Assembly: GCA_951406725.2 (NCBI GenBank)
Contig: OX597818.1
Location: 40,734,001 to 40,798,000 of the forward strand
Reading direction: 5' to 3'
Length of the DNA: 64,000 nt
DNA from: Octopus vulgaris
Taxonomy: Eukaryota
A program made the translations under genes and the position numbers. The notes beneath the pieces are model-generated. The model worked only from the letters and a program-made list of their open reading frames with translations. It had not been told where the DNA came from and searched no databases. Position 1 is the first letter of the stretch. Each line of letters opens with the position of its first letter. Positions 24,018-36,904 of the stretch are shown here, piece by piece.

Positions 24018-24867
24018 ATGTATGTGCGCACATGCCTGCATGTGTTCGTGTGTGTGTGTCTGTATTTGTGTGTATCTCGAGTGTTTCATCTGATCCAAAA
24101 TGTCGACGAACGGGTTTGATTGATCGATTGAAGAGCAACGTACAATCTATCTCATTCAACTTCGTGCGTTCCTATATGTGTGTGCATGTATGTATGTATG
24201 TATGTATGTATGTGTGTGTGTATGTATGTAGTATGTATATATGTATGTGTGTATGTATGTATTTATGTGTGTATGTATGTATGTATATGTATGTATGTAT
24301 TATGTATATCTGTTTATATATATATATACACATATACATATGTATATGTATGTAAAAGCTTGTGAATACATTAATATATATATATATGTTCACGCACACA
24401 AACATACACACAGACATACACATATAAACAAGTTAAAAATAATGGTCATTACATATTTTCCTCTACTGGAACAAATTTGGCTTACAGTTGTTTCCAGTAG
24501 TCATTATAGGTACAATTTCTACTGATAGGTTTACTCAATTGATCTATTGAGAAAAATTGGATCACCTAAGAAAATTAATGCTATATTCATCACAACCATT
24601 TCTGGTTATAACAAGCAGAGCACTGAGGGAATGGCTATTGCAAGGTGGGGGAAGGAGAAGAAAATGGAATGATGCAAGTAAAATAGAGGACAGAGGAATG
24701 CAAGTTAAAGAAGGGTAGGGAGAAATAAGGGAATAGTACAAGGTCTCTTAACCGAAGCAGGGCCACTGTATTGCCAAAATTTGAAAGAGGGTCAGTTATA
24801 AAACATTAGTGGTTGTAGTTAGGTCTACACACATTACTATATTAGCATTGTATATAGGTTAGATATG

Positions 24868-25065
24868 TATTTCTTTACTACCCACAAGGGGCTAAACACA
24901 GAGGGTACAAACAAGGGCAGACAAACGGATTAAGTCGATTACATCGACCCAAGTGCGTAACTCGTACTAAATTTATCGACCCCGAAAGGATGAAAGACAA
25001 AGTCGATCTCGGCGGAATTTGAACTCAGAACGTAATAGCAGACGAAATACGGCTATGCATTTCAC
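24868..25065 (-). mobile_element. SINE family B, 5'-truncated
   Basis: Core and tail match other copies. Confidence 0.9.
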
Positions 25066-25794
25066 CCTCTCCAACCGTTGTGTTGAAATTTGAAATGGGC
25101 CTTGTAAACATGGCAGTCTAAGACGGTAATATGTGGATTATTGGTATCGAGCATAGTAGGGTAATTATATTAGAAAATTATGTAATTGTAATTGTTTTTC
25201 GATTAAAATCAAATACAAAAGATTTTGTATGCGTGAAGGTTGAACGAATGGCAAAACGTAGTAGATAACCAGCAACACAGGATGCAAACGGAATGAACGA
25301 TTATGGATAAAATGATCACAGGAGAGAGAAAAAAAAGCAAAAGTCTAAAATTGCAGAAACTAGGTGCATTAAAAAGACATGGATCGAGGTTGAGGAGAGA
25401 GAGAGAGAGAGAGACAGAGAGGAGATACAGTCATGAAACTAGGAAAAAATGGAAACAGCGAAAGAAAACTAAACAGAGAGGGGAGAGCAGGGACTGAGAC
25501 AGAGGCAGAACGACAGAGTAAGGAGAGTGATAGAAATTCAGAGACGGAGAGAGGGGGAGATATGAGAAAGGATCAAGTTTCATAAACGACACGAGAGAGA
25601 AGGAGAAATAGATACAGAGAATGTAGTGAAGGCATGACTGTGTGGTTAAGAACTTTACTTTGCAACTACGGGGTTTGGGGTTCAGTCCCGCTACGCGCCA
25701 TCTTGGGCAAATCTTTTCTTCTACAGACCCGATTCAATCAATGCCTTGTGAACGAATATTATAAACGGACACTGAGTGCAAGCCCGTCTTACAT

Positions 25795-26082
25795 TATATA
25801 TGACATCGCAGAGTATACTCGCAGCAAGTAAAGATGGGCTGGACACGTCGCCCGGCTCACCGATAATCGGCGGACGCACGCAGTCGTCGAGTGGTACCCG
25901 CGTGAGCGGAAAAGACCACCCGGAAGACCTTCACGACGGTGGAGTGACGATTTCAAGAGGACGATTGGGATCACGTGGATGAGAAAGGCGCGATCCAGAG
26001 AGGAGTGGACAGCGTGCTGTGACCAGCGGTGTAAAATGGACGCCTGACGGACTGGTCGGTCAAAGTGATCAAAGTGAAGTGA
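25795..26082 (+). mobile_element. RTE-clade LINE 3' fragment
   Basis: RWAGHVARLTDNRRTHAVVEWYPRERKRPPGRPSRRWSDD; short-repeat tail CAAAGTGATCAAAGTGAAGTGA. Confidence 0.9.
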
Positions 26083-26275
26083 TATATATATATATATATA
26101 AATTTCACACACAACATGAACCCAAAAATTTCTTCTTAAGATAATACGTATTTAAATAAATTTTAACATCATGACTAGCGAAAGCGAAGCAGGTCGACAA
26201 ACACAATACAAGGTATATTAAAAATTATATTAAAACTATGTAAAGTGTGTGCATTTTCCTTCCTTAATTTCTTAT

Positions 26276-26327
<52 letters not shown>

Positions 26328-26528
26328 ACACACACACACACATATATATACATATACATAGACATACACGTGTGTGTGTGTTTGTGACGTGTTTGTCAAC
26401 AACCGCTACCACTTGTCAACCGCTGCGGCTTCGTTTACATCCTCGTAAGCCAGCGGTTAGGTAATAGGGAAGGCTACGTACCAGATCTTTAAAGAAACAT
26501 AAGTAATGGGGGCACCTTTTTCGAGAAG

Positions 26529-26560
<32 letters not shown>

Positions 26561-26757
26561 ATTATTTGGCTCAAAAAGCAAAAAGCAAGGCCATGTAGGG
26601 GGACATGGAGTTATGTACAGGATGGTGTTCATGTAAAGAGTTCAGGCCGCTTGTAGCCAAGGGAGACTTTGAACCGAGCGGTCGTCGGCATCTTTACTAT
26701 CTCGTCCGGCAGCTTATTCCACGGATCCGCAACCCGTACGGAGAAAGCCCCATGCCT
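26529..26757 (-). mobile_element. CR1/L2-group LINE 3' fragment with (TAAC)n tail
   Basis: Minus translation RHGAFSVRVADPWNKLPDEIV...FKVSL; (GTTA)n on the plus strand. Confidence 0.85.
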
Positions 26758-27201
26758 CAGCTGGACCACAGACAGTGAAGGAAACAAATAAAAGAGAATG
26801 AATTAGAAGGAAGAATGAAACTAATGAAACTAATGCAAAATGAAGAAAGATGAAGAAAGAGGTACGAATATAAGAGAATTAATAAGATGGAAGATGGGAC
26901 AAGACAAAGACAATAAAAGAACAGAAATGGCATGGAGTGATATGTATTAAATAGAAGAAAAGATACGGGCAAGGTCAGGCTTTAAATAACTAAAATGATA
27001 GGAGCAGTCGACAGGGCCGATGGAGATCAATCCAGATTGGCCAGTGAGTCAGGGGATGCCCGGAAACTGCCTGATCGTGTTAGGTAGTCTTATGCTGTAA
27101 AAGAGATAGAAAAACATAGATAGAGTATAGAGAAATATGGGTAAAATTTTTCGTCTGTCTGTATGATTCTATACATGTATGTATGCATGTGTGTGTATGT
27201 A

Positions 27202-27503
27202 TAAGCACTGTTGGAAAGGCCTTTGCTCACATTATCCTGTCCAGGCTACAGCTGCTTGCTTCTCGAATTTATCTAGAATCGCAGTGTGGCTTTAGAAGAA
27301 GTAGATCAACTATTGACATGATATTCTCCATACGCCAACTTCAGGAGAAGTCCAGAGAGCAGAAAATGCCGTTATATATGGCCTTCATTGATCGGACAAA
27401 GGCCTATAACTTGGTAAGTGGAAAAGGCTCCCTCTGGGCGCCATTGGGCAGACTGTCCAAGGGCTACGACACCAAAGTCAGCGCTATGGCTTGGCTTGGC
27501 TTG
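27202..27503 (+). pseudogene. RTE reverse-transcriptase fragment, possibly fused to a (GGCTT)n 3' tail
   Basis: STVGKAFAHIILSRL...ESQCGFRRSRSTIDMIFSIRQLQEKSREQ..PLYMAFIDRTKAYNLV. Confidence 0.9.
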
Positions 27504-28041
27504 GGAAGAAAGAAAGAATTTCAGTTATATATAGAGAACTATAGCGCGAAGGCAGCATAAAAAAACAACCCCTCCTCAGTTGTTGGCAGTTTTACTTACT
27601 CCGCATTGCGAGCATTGCCACGAGATACGTCTTCGTCAAAGCAATTGCTCCCCCAAAGCAAATAAAATTTGAGATACGTGAAATGTCAAAGCTGCTAACA
27701 AAAATAGGACAGTAAAAACATTCGGTAAGGGCTGTTTAACCCTAACAAGGTGAAGTGGTGAACGCTGGAGAAAAAAAGCTTTGTCAAGAGACAGACAAGA
27801 ATGCGTCTTATTGTTATAAGCTAAACGAGAAGAAAAAGAATTACATTTAGAAATAGAGATCTAGAATTATTAAGGACAGAATTTCAGTTAGAAATAGAGA
27901 ACTATAAATATTGAATTATGCATAAAGCGGGGGCTTACATTCGGGGCTTCCAATTTCTCTGTAAAATAGAAGATAATATGTAAACATATATATACACATA
28001 TATATATATATATGCATACATATATACATCCATACACCCAT

Positions 28042-28074
<33 letters not shown>

Positions 28075-28075
28075 A

Positions 28076-28375
28076 GTGCAGGTGTGGCTGTGTGGTAACA
28101 CACTTGGTTCCAAAACACATAGTCCTCAGTTCAGTCCCACTGTGTGGTAACTTGGCATGTGTCTTCTGCTATAGCCTGAGACCAACCAAAGTCTGGTCAG
28201 TGGATTTTGTAGACAGAAACTGAAAGAAATCAATTGTATGTATATATGTAAGTCTATGTGTGTGTCTTCGTGTTTTTCTCTCATCACTGCTTCACAACTG
28301 ATGTTCGTTTATTTACATCCCCATAACTTACTGGTTTCACAAGAAGAAACTGATAGAATAAGTACAAGGCTTATC
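28076..28375 (+). mobile_element. SINE family A, diverged
   Basis: Head and body similarity to other copies. Confidence 0.8.
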
Positions 28376-28495
28376 AAAATATCAAAAAGCACTACGAAGT
28401 GTCTCATATTTTTGTTTGCCCACTCAGTTGTATCTATCAATTTATCTTTGTGTGTGTGTGTATGTGTGTGTGCATACATATATGTATGCACACAC

Positions 28496-28545
<50 letters not shown>

Positions 28546-28949
28546 CTTGAACCGGTACTTCAAGTAACGACTAGGGTAGGGTAACTGACTGCTTATTCTG
28601 ATCATTCGTCTTTTGGTTTCCTGTAGCTTTGCTCTCTTTTACAACCCAGTGAACATCTATTTCCTATTTCAAAGAAATTCAAGCAATAGATATAAGACCC
28701 AAGTTAAAAAGATTTTCAACAATTCAACTTCTCTGGTTGGCATTAAGATGCCCACCCCCAATAGGGTCCTTAACTCTCACATTTTAGAGCTCCATGACCT
28801 TCATTTTTTAGGAGCAAAATCTTTTTAACAGGTTCAATAAGACTGTAATTTTGGAATATGCGCATAAAAATCAATAGTATGGGATACATATGCCACGATT
28901 AAAATTTTTTTAGGGTGTATAAAGAGAGAAATAACCTTCATCTGCACTT

Positions 28950-29054
28950 TTAATGAAATTCGAAACAGATATTACAGTTCATTACAGAAAATATAACAGA
29001 AAAGTCTAATTCTTCAAGTGAATGTAACCGGGCAACGCCGGGTATCTCTGCTAG
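28950..29054 (+). mobile_element. Helitron-like 3' terminus (5' extent unknown)
   Basis: Hairpin CCGGGCAACGCCGG about 10 nt before CTAG|T; same motif as 63448-63475. Confidence 0.6.
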
Positions 29055-29111
29055 TATTAAATATATGTATGCATGTTTAAATGTGTAAACATATGCGCGT
29101 GTGTGTGCATG

Positions 29112-29146
<35 letters not shown>

Positions 29147-29147
29147 G

Positions 29148-29182
<35 letters not shown>

Positions 29183-29310
29183 GTGGAGAGAAAGAGACCG
29201 AAAGAGTTGGATAGATACATACATACATATATATTACGTAATATATATACTATACAAATATATATATATATATACACACCTATACGCACACACACGCACA
29301 CACACACATG

Positions 29311-29342
<32 letters not shown>

Positions 29343-29361
29343 TTCATACATATATATGCCG

Positions 29362-29560
29362 TGGCACTCCGTCGGTTACGACGACGAGGGTTCCAGTGGA
29401 TCCGATCAGCGGAACAGCCAGCCTGCTCGTGAAATTAACGTGCAAGGGGTTGAGCACTCTACAGACACGTGTACCCTTAACGTAGTTCTCCGGGAGGTTC
29501 AGCGTGACACAGTGTGTGACAAGGCTGGTCTTTTCAAATACGGGAACAACAAAAGTAGGA
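29362..29560 (-). mobile_element. SINE family C, 3' part with tail type a
   Basis: Matches 41347-41545. Confidence 0.85.
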
Positions 29561-29612
29561 AGAGATTGACAATTCGATGCTAGTCATTACACACACAAAC
29601 ACACACACGCAC

Positions 29613-29704
<92 letters not shown>

Positions 29705-29751
29705 CCTTACAAGGTACTAACACCGTCCTAATCAGAACTGCCACATTAGTT

Positions 29752-30126
29752 TTCTACTCTTGGCACAAGGCCCGAAATTTTGGTGGGGAGGGGGCCAGTC
29801 GATTAGATCGGCTCCAGTGCGCAACTGGTACTTAATTTATCGACCCCGAAATGATAAAAGGCAAAGTCGACCTCGGTGGAATTTGAACTCAGGACGTAAA
29901 GACAAACGAAATACCTATTTCTTTACTACCCACAAGGGGCTAAACACAGAGAATAAACGGATTAAGTCGATTATATCGACCCCAGTGCGTAACTGGTACT
30001 TATTTAATCAACCCCGCAAGGATGAAAGTCGACCTGGGCGGAATTTTAACTCAGAACGTAACGGCTGACGAAATACAGCTTCGCATTTCACCCGGCGTTC
30101 TAAAGTTTCTGCCAGCTCGCCGCCTT
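29752..30126 (-). mobile_element. SINE family B dimer
   Basis: Head, core, tail 1, then core and tail 2. Confidence 0.88.
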
Positions 30127-31111
30127 AAATAATAATAATAACAATAATAATAATGATGATGATGATGATGATGATCATGATGATGATGATGATCATGATC
30201 ATGATGATAGTTTCTGATGTACGCGCAAACACAAAGCTACCAAATTTAAAGGATAAGGAGTATATTGATACCATCGAGATCAGGTCTTGATTGGTACTTT
30301 ATTTCATCGACCCCCAGAAATAACAACAACAGCCTCAAGAGCAACAACAAAAACAACAACAACAACAACAGCAAGAAGAAGAAGAAGAAGAAGAAGAAGA
30401 AGAAGAAGAAGAAGAAGAAGAAGAAGAAGAAGAAGAACGAAAGAGAAGAAAAAAAGAGGAAGAATATTTTTTTTTATAGAAGGAAGTAGAATGCATGTCA
30501 GTGGAGTACCTAACCAATTCGATATAGTTAGTTCCTTTGTAAAGCCAACGGCTGTTTCGTCATCGGGACTTTTAATATAATAGCCGTCTAATTGGGCAGC
30601 AAAGAAACGTGTCGCTTTCCCATGTACTGCTTAACAATAAAGAGGGCTCAGACGTTGCCTTTGGGAAAGAGGAAGAGGAAAGGGCTGTTTCTCTTTCCTC
30701 TGTCCTTTATTGATTTCATGCCGTGTCACAGTGTTTAGCTTCTACTAAAATATTTGTCAGCTTATTTATGCCTTTTGTACAGAATTTTTCTTCCCTTCGC
30801 TGACATTACCGACGCCATCCACCATTAGCATTATCGGCGGCATCGTAGTCGCCATCGCCGTTGTCTTCATATTCTTTATCTATTTCCATTTGTTTCTTCA
30901 TTCTCTTCATCATAGTCGGCTCTTCTTTCAGTTTTTTTTTCTTCTCCTCGTCTCGTCTTCGTTCCTCATTCATACATGTACACAAACGCTTGCGTGCATG
31001 CGTGCATCCATACGTAAACACGTCGACAAAGACACACACACACAAACAAACAAGACTTACACAGACATATATATGTTAAAGTCTGTTTGCCAACATAAAG
31101 TGACAGTCTTA

Positions 31112-32098
31112 AGGCGGCGAGCTGGCAGAAACGTTAGCGCGCCGGGCGAAATGCGTAGCCGTGTTTCGTCTGCAGCTACGTCCTGAGTTCAAATTCCGCC
31201 GAGGTCGACTTTGCCTTTAATCTTTTCGGGGTTGATAAATTAAGTACCAGTTACGCACTGGGGTCGGTGTAATCGACTTAATCCGTTTGTCCTCTTTGTG
31301 TTTAGCCCCTTGTGGGTAGTAAAGAAATAGGTATTTCGTCTGCCGCTACGTTCTGAGTTCAAATTCAGCCGAGGTCGACTTTGCCTTTAATCCTTTCGGG
31401 GACGATTAAATAAGTACCAGTAACACACTGGGGTAGATATAATCGACTTAATCCGTTTGTCTGTCCTTGTCTGTCCTTGCTTGTCCCCTCTGTGAGGAGC
31501 CCCTTGTGGTCAGTAAAGAAATAGGTAATTCGTCTGCCGCAACGTTCTGAGTTCAAATTCCGCCGAGGTCAACTTTGCCTTTCATTCTTTCGGGGTCGAT
31601 TAAATAAGTACTAGTTACGGACTAGGTTCGATATAATCGACTTAATACTTATGTCTGTCCTTGTTTGTCCCCTCTGTGTTTAGCCCCTTGTGGGTAGTAA
31701 AGAAATAAGTATTTCGTCCGTCTTTACATTCTGAGATCAAATTCTGCCGAGTTCGACTTTGCCTTTCATTCTTTCGGGGTCGATTAAATAGAGTACCAGT
31801 TACGCACTGGGGTCGATATAATCGACTTAATCCGTTTGTCTGTCCTTGTTTGTCCCCTCTGTATGTAGCCCCTTGTGGGCAGTAAAAAAATAAGAATCGT
31901 TAGCACACCGGGCGAAATGCGTAGCGGTATTTCGTCTGCCGCTACTTTCTGAGTTCAAATTCCCCCGGGGTCGACTTTGCCTTACATCCTTTCGAGGTCG
32001 ATTAAATAAGTACCAGTTACGCACTGGGGTCGATGTAGTCGACTTAATCCCTTCCCCCAATTTTGAAGCCTTGTGCTTCCATGAGAAAGGATTATTAC
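31112..32098 (+). mobile_element. Head-to-tail pentamer of SINE family B
   Basis: Units begin at about 31112, 31330, 31524, 31708 and 31893. Confidence 0.92.
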
Positions 32099-33005
32099 AG
32101 GGATTGTATCTGTTTTCATGCTCCATATTTCTATTTCCAGATCTTTGAATTTCGGTAGTTTCTTCAGTTATTTTAGAAACGCATTGTCATCTGCCGTGAC
32201 TGATATGTCGACTTTGAAGTTTTAGTTTTCTTTTTTTCTTCGTTGTCCTTGACAACAATATCTCACAAATTAGCCTTGATCTCCCTATCTGTGTATTAGC
32301 ATATTCCAGAGTATGGTTATTTTGTCATTTTCTGAATGCTTTTGTTGGGTATGCCTATACCATCTCTTTTCTGATGTTATTCCATGGAGCTGGCCTTACT
32401 TCCAGTGTATGTAAGTTCTAAATCTGCCACGTCTAGCCGGAATAAATTTTAGTATTTTCCCCCATCATCTAATTCTGCACTTGCTTATTGCACTCTGCTT
32501 CATTATGTTTGTGTGTGTGTGTGTGTGTGGTTTCTGGTAGGAAGGCTTCGATCTTGTCTCGCGGTTAAGAAGCCTTCAGTCTCTTCTCTGAGACCCGCAT
32601 TTCTCAGCCAGTGGTTAGATCTTTATTTTTATTCTGTTCAGCTTAATCCAGTATTTGTTATACTGCGAATTTCCGCACGATCTTTTATTATAGCATTCTC
32701 TACTTGCAGCTTTGGTTGTTTAGCTTTACAGTTATTATATCTTCTACTTTGTATTTTTCAGCTTCGAAGACAAAACTATTATTCGTTTCACTCGTTTTGT
32801 AGTTATTTCTATCTGTTTCTCTTGATTATAAATTAGGCACTTCGTAGTCCTACAGTTGGTATGTTATAGTACTTTTCTAGTTGTATAAAGCCTTTACTGA
32901 CATCAGTTTGTGGAATATAATTTTTCTATTTCAGATTTCTGGTAACGTCTCTAAATACTGTCATAATTTTCCTCGTTTTTCTATCTGGTCTTGCTTGTTC
33001 ATTTA
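32095..33005 (-). pseudogene. Decayed R4/Dong-like RLE non-LTR retrotransposon C-terminal region
   Basis: Fragmented minus translation DRKTRKIMT, KGFIQLE, HWLRNAGL..ETEGFLTARQDRSLPTRN, ENDKITILWNML..DREIKAN..DIVVKD, FKDLEIEIW..KTDTIPVI. Confidence 0.8.
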
Positions 33006-34299
33006 CCATCCAGTGAAAAACAATAATTCTGACTACATAAAATCTGAAATGATACATTCTATATATGGAGCTCAAGATATCCCTAAAAAGACAAGTGGAA
33101 TGCATTTATGTTCATTTGAGATGCTGAAAATAGCAACAAAATATCAAGAAGTCAGATGATACCATCTTAAAAAGGACAGATACCGTGAATAATGTAGAAC
33201 TAGATACAAAATGTCTGCGTAAAGGATGAGTTTGTGGAAAGTCCTTTTGTTTTAGATATGTTTGAACATCTGCAGCCTGGGGTTAAACCACAGCAATAAG
33301 GACGGCATAAATAAAATGATGTAAGGCACATATTAAATCATGCCATAGTCAAAGGTTTCAGTGATGTTATTTCTTGTCAGAACGATTCCGCACAAAATAA
33401 CCTCAGAGAAGATACAATGGAAAGAGGGAAAGGAAAGCGCGGTGATAAATAAGAATGATATACAGCGAAAAAGATAGAAGTCTAAAAAGTCAAGAAGAAA
33501 GTTAGACAGGACAAAGTTACTTTGGAAAGAAAGTAAGAATGGATGAAAAGGTAAAAGGTATCAGAAAAGAAAATTATAAGAAGAAGTCATAAGAAAATTA
33601 CCAAAGAAAAATCGAGAGAATGGGGGGGGGGGGAATGGAGCTGAAAGGAAAACGAAGGAAAAATGAATGAAGAAGGAAAGAAAAAAGAAAGAAAGAGAGA
33701 GTGAGAGAGAGAGAGAGGAAGAAAGAAAGAAAAAGCGAAAGAAAGAAAGAAAAAAGAAAGAAAAACGAAAGGAAGGAAAGGCACAAAGTAAAAACGGAAG
33801 AAATATCAAGAGGAAGAAATTGGAAGAAAATGACGAAAGATGTTAAAAAGAAAGAAAGAAGAAAGACTGTAAGAAAGAACGAAAAACAGGCCGAGAAAGA
33901 AAATGTAAATACTTGACGTGTACAGTTTTAGAATAAAATAAAGTTAAGAAAAGCGAATGATGTGATGAGGGAAAACAAGAGAGAAAGATGGAAATTAGTT
34001 AGTTACAGAAGAAGAGCTAAAGAAAGCATACGAGAGAGAGGTAGAAAGAGAGAGAGGGAGAGAGAAGTATAGAAAAATCGAAAGAAGGAAAAATGTTATG
34101 TAAGAATGCAATGAGAGAGAAAGAGGAAAAATGTAGATGAAAAAGGGATAAAATACGAAAAATTATATAAGCTAAGAAAAAACCGCCATATTTATACAAA
34201 GGGATAAATTTAGAAGAAAAGACTGGAATGGTAAATATGATGAAAGAAGAGGTACTGTTGATGGAGAAGTGTAACTGTAGGAAGAGTAAAAACGATTTT

Positions 34300-34385
<86 letters not shown>

Positions 34386-34457
34386 CAGATAGACAGATAG
34401 ACAGACATACAGACAGACAGATAGCTAGATAGAGAGATAGATAGACAGACAGATAGG

Positions 34458-34529
<72 letters not shown>

Positions 34530-35116
34530 CAAACACCCCAACAAAGACAGGCTGAGAGAGTACATGAAGGGGCGAGGTAGCAGAAAAAGAAATAGAGAGA
34601 GAAAAAGAAAGAGAACATCAATATAACGGATGAGAAACGGAGAGTGAGAGATAGAGACAGAGAGAGAGAGGGAGAGAGAGATAGAAAAAAAAGAGAAAGA
34701 TGTGAGAAAAGCGTGAGTGAGTCGGAAAGAGAAACAGAAAGATAGAAACATCGAAGAGAGGGGGGAAATGGAGAAGCAGGATGAAAAGAAAAGTAAAGCA
34801 TGAGAGAAATGAGAAGAGAGTAAGGAGGGGAAAATGGAGAGGAAGGGAGAATGGAGAGGAGGAGACAGTCCCGCTTAAAACCTGAATAAACATCGTATTT
34901 ATATTTATTTATAAATCCTGTTTTTTATTTTGTCAAAATTTTGTCTTGCAGTCAATTATTTGTTTTATTCTGTTGCACTGGAATCCAGTATGATCTTTAA
35001 TGGATTAAGTTGCTTTAAAGAAGGCTTAAGTTGGTTTTAAACACTTGGAGAATGAAAGAAAGTGAGAACAGAGAAAAAGCTTTCCTTAGATATACAAATA
35101 GGATTTGAGTTAGCCG

Positions 35117-35165
35117 AATAATAATAATAACAACAATGATAATAATAATAATAATAATAATGATG

Positions 35166-35257
<92 letters not shown>

Positions 35258-35264
35258 GATAGTA

Positions 35265-35306
<42 letters not shown>

Positions 35307-35315
35307 GTAGTAATA

Positions 35316-35354
<39 letters not shown>

Positions 35355-35405
35355 GTAATAATAGTAGTAATAATAATAATAATAATGGTAATAATAATAA
35401 TAATA

Positions 35406-35470
<65 letters not shown>
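35117..35470. repeat. (AAT)n trinucleotide array with ATG/AGT variants
   Basis: Seen directly. Confidence 0.98.
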
Positions 35471-36836
35471 TTCTTTAGTTGCCTCAAGGGCGACAGATGA
35501 TTGTACATTACACAAAGAAATTGCAAAAAAATGCTTACGGAGTTGGTTACACAGAATCCAGATATGAAAGCCAGTAAGGTAGAAAAGGAATAACAAGATT
35601 TGTCCTTGCTGCAGGACAGCCATTTACCTGAAGGTAAACAAGGAATAGTGCGGATCCATGTTTACCTTAAGTACTAAGGAGACATGCTCCGATCACTCTC
35701 TGTTCTACGGTTTACAGGTACATGCCGATAACAGATTCGTTAATTTGCGTCATCTTCGCTATACTTACTCACCATTCCCGAAACACCGGCCTCTTCGCCT
35801 TCAGCTTTTTTCTCCAAATGGAACTTGCGGAGACAGGAAAATGTCTTTTATTTTTTTCAGCTTTGTCTACCATACAATCATGTTCACTAAAGTCACCAAA
35901 TAGAAAAAGTGCTTCCTCTTCCCATGCAAAGGAAAACAATGGGAATTTCCGCATGATGGACACGGTACCCGAATCCCTTCCGCGAGGTACGCCATATATG
36001 TTTACCGATTATTCATATTACCATAGAATAAAAAAGATAACAGAAAGAGGCTTTTGCTGACTATAGAAGAGAGAAAGATATGATAAGCGTGATTTGGCCA
36101 CCTCTGCTGGTCTATTGGGGAAAGTGATAGAAATGAGGTGTGTGTAAGAGAGAAGGAGGGGAGGCTAACATGTGTTATGGGAGAAGAGCAACGATCAAAG
36201 CGAAGACAAATATTATTGCTGCGCCATCCATCTTTGAACTTAAGTAAGAATTGAATAAGCCTCTCCTTAATAACACGATGGAGGCTGTACGCTGCTACCT
36301 GATCTGCAAGAAACATCAGGATTTCCTTTGAATTACTGTGTCAGAAAGGAACCGCACATCCATTAGATAAGAGAAAGACAGACAAACAGGCTAGGGATTT
36401 ATAATTTTTAGTCAGAATGAGTACGCTAGAGAATTATGTGCATTTGTTCATCATGATTCTTTGCATAGACCCGACAGGAAGCTCGCTAAATCCTTCTATT
36501 TGGCTATATATAGATACCAGACTAAGTTTGTGGATGTAAGTCCTGATCACACTGGAAATACGATGAGTGTTTTGTTGACTTACAATGCTACGCTAACAAC
36601 TTCGCATCGGTTATTAACCTAGCTTCATGTGTTATTAAACAATACTTGCAGAAATTAGCGATCTGAAGTTTCGCCTCGGATCTATAGAACAAAATGGATC
36701 AACGTATCGAAGAAAATGTGATTAGAATATATAGTTCGTATGTATATGTGTATTTGTGCGAGTATGTGTATAATGTGGATATATACATGTGTGTGTATGT
36801 GTGTGCGTGAGAGAGAGATAGTGTGTGCGTGTTTAT

Positions 36837-36894
<58 letters not shown>

Positions 36895-36904
36895 TCACAT
36901 ACAT

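Noticed and set aside
31112-32098. Regularly spaced repeats suggesting a CRISPR array
   Set aside because: Whole ~190-bp units are homologous SINE copies with no unique spacers and no cas genes; the context is eukaryotic.
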